Shown here: positions 58,452 through 64,000 of the stretch, in pieces
How the letters are laid out: every line of letters begins with the position of its first letter
Position numbering within the stretch: the first letter of the stretch is position 1
Position numbers and translations under genes: made by a program
The notes under the pieces: generated by a model
What the model saw: only the letters and a program-made list of their open reading frames with translations
The model's database searches: none
Told to the model about the DNA's origin: nothing
Assembly (NCBI GenBank): GCA_963832165.1
Contig: CAWHTE010000003.1
Location: 480,001-544,000 of the forward strand
Origin: an uncultured delta proteobacterium
Lineage (GTDB): Bacteria > Myxococcota_A > UBA9160 > SMWR01
Reading direction: 5' to 3'
Length of the DNA stretch: 64,000 nt

Positions 58452-59747
58452 TTGCTCTGGCTAGGCCTCGCGATCCTGCTCTCGTGCATCCTGATCGGCG
58501 CGCGCGTCGGCGGGATCGGTCTCGGGGCTGTGTCGGGACTGGGCCTGCTCGTGTTCGTCTTCGTACTCCGGATGCCGCCCGGCAATCCGCCGAGCACCGT
58601 GCTCGGCATGATCATCGCCGTGATCACGGCGCTGGCTGTGATGCAGGCGGCCGGCGGCCTCGACTACCTGCTGGAGCTCGCCGAGGCGGTGCTGCGGCGC
58701 AACCCCGCGCGGATCACGCTGCTCGCCCCGATCGTGACCTACGCGCTGATCTTCGTCTCGGGCACGCAACACGTGATCTACGCGCTGTTGCCGATCATCG
58801 CGGAGGTCTCGCGCAAGGCGGGGATCCGCCCCGAGCGGCCGCTCTCGATCAGCGTGATCGCGTCACAGCAGGGACTCACGGCGTCGCCGATCTCGGCGGT
58901 CACGGTTGCGCTGATCGGCGCGCTCTCCGGATCGACGGTCGGGCTGCCGCAGATCCTGCTCGTCACGATCCCGGCGACGCTGGTCGGCGTCGCTGCGGGC
59001 GTCCTCACCGTGTTCTGGCGCGGCGTCGAGCTCGGCGACGATCCCGAGTACCGAAGGCGCGTCGCGGAGGGCAAGATCGCCGAGGTCGGTAGCACGGCGC
59101 GGCTCGAGGGCCGCGCCCGGCGCAACGCGATCGGCTCGTGCGCGGTGTTCTTCGCGTCGATTGCGGTCGTCGTGCTGCTCGGGCTGGTGCCTGCGCTGCG
59201 CCCGCACGTCGAGATGGGCCGCGCGATCATGATCGTGATGCTCGCGTGCGCTGGCGCGACCCTGCTCGTGTTCGGCGCGAGCCCGGAGGCCGCGGTGAAG
59301 GGCGGGGTGATGAAGGGCGGACTCGTCGCGTTCATCTGCATTCTCGGCGTCTCGTGGATGGGCTCGTCGTTCTTTCACGCCAACGAGACCCAGATCGTCG
59401 GCGGCATGTCCGGACTCGTGAAGGCCTATCCGTGGTCCTTCGCGCTCTGCCTGTTCACGCTCTCGATCCTCTTGATGAGCCAGGCGGCCACGATCGTCAC
59501 GCTGGCTCCGGTCGCAGCGGCGATCGGTCTGCCGCCCGCAGTCTTTCTCGGCGTATACCCCGCCGTGAACGGGACGTTCTTCCTGCCCACGTACGGGACG
59601 GTGCTCGCGGCGGTCTCGCTCGATCAGACCGGCACGACGCGGATCGGGAAGTTCGTGCTGAACCACAGCTTCATGCTTCCCGGCCTCGTGAGCACGCTCG
59701 TATCGACCGCGGTCGCGCTGGCTCTGGGCTCGACCTTCATCCAGTGA
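58452..59747 (+). CDS. dcu: Anaerobic C4-dicarboxylate transporter (DcuA/DcuB family)
   Basis: AGGAGG RBS plus TTG; GARVGGIGLG, IRPERP, ASPISA, GTTRIGKFVLNHSFM. Confidence 0.93.
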   Translation: MLWLGLAILLSCILIGARVGGIGLGAVSGLGLLVFVFVLRMPPGNPPSTVLGMIIAVITALAVMQAAGGLDYLLELAEAVLRRNPARITLLAPIVTYALIFVSGTQHVIYALLPIIAEVSRKAGIRPERPLSISVIASQQGLTASPISAVTVALIGALSGSTVGLPQILLVTIPATLVGVAAGVLTVFWRGVELGDDPEYRRRVAEGKIAEVGSTARLEGRARRNAIGSCAVFFASIAVVVLLGLVPALRPHVEMGRAIMIVMLACAGATLLVFGASPEAAVKGGVMKGGLVAFICILGVSWMGSSFFHANETQIVGGMSGLVKAYPWSFALCLFTLSILLMSQAATIVTLAPVAAAIGLPPAVFLGVYPAVNGTFFLPTYGTVLAAVSLDQTGTTRIGKFVLNHSFMLPGLVSTLVSTAVALALGSTFIQ

Positions 59748-59755
59748 GGATCTCC

Positions 59756-61258
59756 ATGCACGCAAACTTCCGGATCGTGCCCATGGCGCTCGTGCTCTCG
59801 CTCGCCTGGGCGAGTGGCGCGGCGCGAGCGCAGTCTCGCACCGAGAAGGATCTGCTCGGCGAAAAGCAGGTCCCGGCCGACGCCTACTACGGCGTGCAGA
59901 CCGCGCGTGCAATCGAGAACTTCCCGATCTCGGGCGTCTCGATCGGCCACTATCCCGAGTTCGTCGACGCGCTCGTGCTCGTGAAGCTCGCCGCGGCGCG
60001 CGCGAATGCCGAGGCCGGCGCGCTCTCCAAGGAGAAGCTCGCGGCGATCGAGAAGGCCGGGCGCGCGATCCTCGATGGGCGCTACCGCGATCAGTTCGCG
60101 GTCGACTGGTACCAGGGCGGAGCCGGCACCTCGGCCAACATGAACGCCAACGAGGTGATGGCGAACGTCGCGCTCGAGTTCATGGATCGTCCCAAGGGCG
60201 ACTACGAGACGATCGATCCGCACGACGACCTGAACGGCGGCCAGTCGACCAACGACGTCTTCCCCACCGCGCTCAAGGTCGCCTTCGCGATGCGCAACGA
60301 CCGGCTCGTGAAGCGACGTCGAGGAGCTGGCGCGGGGCGTTTCGCGCCAAGGGCGCGGAATTCCTGCGCACGGTGAAGATGGGCCGAACCGAGCTGCAGG
60401 ACGCCGTGCCGATGACCGTCGGGCAGGAGATGCACGCGTTCGCGGCCACGCTCGAGGACGGAGATCGGCGCAGCTGCGCGAGGCCGAGCAGCGCGCTCTA
60501 TCCGATCAACATGGGCGGCACGGCGATCGGCACGGGTCTGAATGCACCGCGCGGCTTCGCGAAGGACACCGCGAAACATCTCGCAAAGCTGACCAGGAAA
60601 GCCGTTCACGCGCGCCGACGGATCTCATCGCGGCGACCTCGAGCCTGCACGGCTTCGTCGTCTATGCGGACGCGCTGCGCAGCCTCGCGGCCACGCTCTC
60701 GAAGGTCGCGGGCGATCTGATCCTGCTTTCGTCGGGCCCGCGCGCGGGCCTCTCCGAGCTCGAGCTCCCGCCGCTCCAGCCTGGCTCCTCGATCATGCCC
60801 GGCAAGGTGAACCCGGTGATGCCCGAGCTGCTTAAGCTCGTATCGATGCGCGTCGTCGGCGAATTCGCTCGCGGTCGAGCTCGCGGCGCGCGAAGGGCAG
60901 CTCCAGCTCAACGCCTACGAGCCGCTCGTGGGCGTCGCCGTGCTCGAGTCGCAGATGCTGCTCTCGAACACGCTCGACGCCGTCCGCACGCGCTGCGTCG
61001 ACGGGCATCGGCGTGAATCAGCGCACGCTCGACCGCCACCTGGCCGAGACGGTCGGCATCGTGACGGCGCTCAACCCCGTCATCGGCTATGACCGCGCGA
61101 GCGAGCTCGCGCGCGAGGCCTATGAAACGAATCGCGGGATCCTGGAGATCGTGCGCGAGCGAAAACTCCTCACCGAGGAGCAGATCGCCGAGGTCCTCGA
61201 TCCCGAGAAGCTCACGAATCTCGATCCGAAGTCGTATCCGGCGCCGAAGAAGCGGTGA
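59756..61258 (+). CDS. aspA: Aspartate ammonia-lyase with N-terminal signal peptide; multiple frameshifts in 60310-61010
   Basis: RTEKDLLG, YYGVQT.RA.ENF, GGAGTS.NMN.NEV, QSTND, KMGRTELQDA, GSSIMPGKVNPV, QLQLNAYEP. Confidence 0.88.
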
Positions 61259-61285
61259 CCGGGAGCCCCAACAGGAGGAGTCCTC

Positions 61286-62350
61286 ATGTCTCGCATCGTC
61301 CGAAGCCTCTCGATCGCATTCGCGCTCTCGTGCGTTGCAAGCGCCGCAGCCGCCGAAGGCGAGCTCCCGAAGGTCGCCGTGCTCGCGACCGGCGGCACGA
61401 TCGCGGGTGCGGCCGCGAGCGACGTGACCGCCGGCTACACCTCGGGGCAGGTCGGCGTCGAGCAGCTGCTCGCCGCCGTCCCCCAGGCCGGCAAGCTCGC
61501 AGCGCTCTCGGGCGAGCAGGTCTCCAACATCGGCTCCCAGGACATGGACGACGCAGTGTGGCTCAAGCTCGCCCAGCGCGTGAACGAGCTCGCGAGCAGC
61601 GAGGACGTGAACGGAATCGTGATCACGCACGGGACGGACACGATCGAGGAGACCGCGTACTTCTTGAGCCTCGTCGTCAAGACCCCGAAGCCGGTGGTGA
61701 TGACGGGCTCGATGCGGCCGTCCACGGCGCTGTCGGCCGATGGGCCGCTCAACTTCTACAACGCCGTCGCGGTTGCGGCCGATCCATTCGCCGCGGAGCG
61801 CGGCGTGCTCGTGGTGATGAACGACTGGATCCACAGCGGGGCGGCGATCACGAAGACCAACACGACGGCCGTGCAGACATTCGCGTCACCGCTGCGCGGG
61901 CTGATCGGGACCGTCGCCTACGGTGCCACGGAGTACTACCGCTATCCGGTCGGCAAGGTCGGCCCGAAGAGCGAGTTCTCCGTGGATGGGGTCGAGAAAC
62001 TGCCGCGCGTCGACATCGTGTACGCGCACGCGGGCATGGACGGAACGCTGATCGATGCCGCCGCGAAGGCGGGCGCCAAGGGAATCGTCGTGGCGGGCGT
62101 CGGCAACGGGAACATGACGAAGGCGGCGCTCGCCGCGGTGGCGAAACACGCGAAGAAGGGCATCGTCGTCGTGCGCGCCACGCGCGTTCCGTCCGGCCGC
62201 GTGTCGCGCAACGTCGAGGTCGACGACGACGCCACCCGAACGGTCGCATCGGAGGAGCTCAACCCGGCCAAGGCACGCGTGCTGCTCAAGCTCGCGCTGC
62301 TCGGCAAGCGCGATCTCGAGGATGTGCAGCGCCTGTTCCGCGAATACTGA
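61286..62350 (+). CDS. ansB: Type II (periplasmic) L-asparaginase
   Basis: AGGAGG RBS; signal peptide; ATGGTIAG, NIGSQD, HGTDTIEET, LNPAKAR. Confidence 0.95.
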   Translation: MSRIVRSLSIAFALSCVASAAAAEGELPKVAVLATGGTIAGAAASDVTAGYTSGQVGVEQLLAAVPQAGKLAALSGEQVSNIGSQDMDDAVWLKLAQRVNELASSEDVNGIVITHGTDTIEETAYFLSLVVKTPKPVVMTGSMRPSTALSADGPLNFYNAVAVAADPFAAERGVLVVMNDWIHSGAAITKTNTTAVQTFASPLRGLIGTVAYGATEYYRYPVGKVGPKSEFSVDGVEKLPRVDIVYAHAGMDGTLIDAAAKAGAKGIVVAGVGNGNMTKAALAAVAKHAKKGIVVVRATRVPSGRVSRNVEVDDDATRTVASEELNPAKARVLLKLALLGKRDLEDVQRLFREY

Positions 62351-62351
62351 G

Positions 62352-63293
62352 ATGGCACACATCACCGGAACGGGGAAGTACGAGCATCTGCTCGAGCGGT
62401 GTCAGGGGCTCGAACCGATCCCGACCGCCGTGGCGCACCCGTGCGAGGAGACCGCGCTGTCGGGGGCGATCGACGCGGCCGAGCACGGACTCATCGCGCC
62501 GATCCTGGTCGGCCCGTCGGCCAAGATCGCCGAGATCGCCAGGCGCACGAAGAGCGACCTCGCGGGCATCGAGATCGTGGACGTCGCGCACAGCCACGAC
62601 GCCGCGGCGCGTTCCGTGCAGCTCGTGCGCGAGGGCCGGGCGGAGCTCCTGATGAAGGGCAGCCTGCATTCGGACGAGCTGCTCTCCGCGGTCGTATCGC
62701 GCGAGGGCCTGCGCACCGAGCGCCGCATCAGCCACGTGTTCATCATGGACGTTCCGACCTATCACAAGGTGCTGATCGTCACGGACGCGGCGATCAACAT
62801 CGCGCCGGGCCTGCAGGACAAGGTCGACATCTGCCAGAACGCGATCGACCTCGCGATCGCGCTCGGACTGGAGACGCCGAAGGTGGCAATCCTGGCCGCG
62901 GTCGAGACGGTGAATCCGACCATGCCGGCCACGATCGACGCGGCCGCGCTGTGCAAGATGGCCGAACGCGGGCAGATCCGCGGCGGCCTGCTCGACGGCC
63001 CGCTCGCGTTCGATAACGCGATCAGCGCGGAGGCCGCGAAGATCAAGGGGATCCGATCGGCGGTGGCAGGCGATCCGGACATCCTTCTCGTGCCGAACCT
63101 CGAGGCGGGCAACATGCTGGCCAAGCAGCTCACCTTCCTCGCCAACGCCGACAGCGCCGGAATCGTGCTGGGCGCCGCGCGCGTGCCCGTGATCCCGACC
63201 AGCCGCGCCGACAGCGTGCGCTCGCGGATCGCGAGCTGCGCGGTGGCGGTGCTCGCGGCGCATGCGCGGCGGCAGCAGGGCACCACCGGGTAG
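62352..63293 (+). CDS. Phosphate acetyl/butyryltransferase
   Basis: LMKGSL, RRISH, TDAAINIAP, DGPLAFDNA, PNLEAGNMLAK, TSRADS. Confidence 0.92.
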   Translation: MAHITGTGKYEHLLERCQGLEPIPTAVAHPCEETALSGAIDAAEHGLIAPILVGPSAKIAEIARRTKSDLAGIEIVDVAHSHDAAARSVQLVREGRAELLMKGSLHSDELLSAVVSREGLRTERRISHVFIMDVPTYHKVLIVTDAAINIAPGLQDKVDICQNAIDLAIALGLETPKVAILAAVETVNPTMPATIDAAALCKMAERGQIRGGLLDGPLAFDNAISAEAAKIKGIRSAVAGDPDILLVPNLEAGNMLAKQLTFLANADSAGIVLGAARVPVIPTSRADSVRSRIASCAVAVLAAHARRQQGTTG

Positions 63294-63299
63294 TCTGGA

Positions 63300-64000
63300 A
63301 TGGACGATTACACGCTCGTGCTCAACGCGGGCTCGTCGAGCCTGAAGTTCTGCATCTACCGGCGGCCGCCCGGCGATGCCTGGCGGCTCGAGACCCGCGG
63401 CCAGATCGAGGGGATCGGCACCGCACCGCAGCTCTCCGCGGTGGATGGTGCGGACGCAGTGCTCGTCGATCAGAAGCTCGAGGCGAGCGTGCGCGACGGG
63501 CGCAGCGCGATCGAATCGCTCGCGGAGTGGATCCGCTCCCGATACGCGGGCGCGCGCGTGCTCGCGGTGGGCCACCGCGTGGTGCACGGCGGACCGCGCT
63601 ATGCGCGGCCCACGCTCGTCACGCAAGAGGTGCTGGACGACCTGCGCGAGCTGGTACCGCTCGCGCCGCTGCACCAGCCGCACAATCTCGCGGCGATCGA
63701 GGCGGTGCGCGAGCGGCTCCCCGACGTGCCACAGGTGGCCTGCTTCGATACCGCGTTCCACCGCGGCCAGCCGGCCGTCGCCGAGGTGGTCCCGCTCCCG
63801 CGCGATCTCTGCCGCGGCGGCGTGCAGCGCTACGGCTTCCACGGCCTCTCGTACGAATACATCGCGTCGGTGCTGCCCGAGGTCGCGCCCGAGATCGCCG
63901 ACCGGCGCGTGATCGTCGCGCATCTCGGGAGCGGTGCGAGCCTGTGTGCGATGCGCGGCCGCAAGAGCCTCGACAGCACGCTCGGATTCACGGCGCTCGA
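63300..64000 (+). CDS. ackA: Acetate/propionate kinase, 3' truncated (absent from the ORF track)
   Basis: MDDYTLVLNAGSSSLKF, GHRVVHGG, PLAPLHQP, ACFDTAFH, RYGFHGLSY, AHLGSGAS. Confidence 0.95.
   Translation, partial: MDDYTLVLNAGSSSLKFCIYRRPPGDAWRLETRGQIEGIGTAPQLSAVDGADAVLVDQKLEASVRDGRSAIESLAEWIRSRYAGARVLAVGHRVVHGGPRYARPTLVTQEVLDDLRELVPLAPLHQPHNLAAIEAVRERLPDVPQVACFDTAFHRGQPAVAEVVPLPRDLCRGGVQRYGFHGLSYEYIASVLPEVAPEIADRRVIVAHLGSGASLCAMRGRKSLDSTLGFTAL

Noticed and set aside
59138..60376. 412-aa ORF suggesting a long N-terminal extension on AspA
   Set aside because: The upstream part overlaps dcu out of frame; the SD-supported start is 59756.
31069..64000. Island as a mobile element, or FNR-box control
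   Set aside because: No integrase, transposase, tRNA or att repeat seen, no obvious composition shift, and no convincing TTGAT-N4-ATCAA site in the intergenic regions examined.

Overview
High-GC (roughly 68-70% by eye) chromosome segment from a diderm bacterium. PEP-CTERM tails, Cys-rich repeats and many outer-membrane proteins suggest a Myxococcota/deltaproteobacteria-like lineage (inference). About 50 tightly packed CDSs; no rRNA, tRNA, CRISPR array, transposase or integrase recognised. Four blocks: (1) 1-10.8 kb: YfhO-like GT-C membrane protein and three large PEP-CTERM surface proteins (15-repeat FG-GAP protein, metallophosphoesterase/LamG mosaic, LamG/phytase-like protein). (2) 10.9-16.7 kb: compact aryl-polyene/xanthomonadin-like lipid cluster (flavin halogenase-like, GT2, ACP, membrane protein, LpxL-like acyltransferase, ketosynthase, divergent PlsC). 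(3) 16.7-31 kb: thrS, acyl-CoA catabolism genes, a 66-aa micro PEP-CTERM protein with only a ~19-residue Cys-loop passenger, and a 49-aa basic mini-protein. (4) 31-64 kb: envelope/transport island (RND pump, PlpD-like patatin, DcaP, DUF481, SphA, SulP, AI-2E, DUF3313 x2, Cax, MgtC/DUF4010, PPK2, Cti) ending in dcu-aspA-ansB-pta-ackA, where the aspartase unusually has a signal peptide. Many single-base frameshifts probably reflect long-read errors. Family names come from motif recognition, not database searches.
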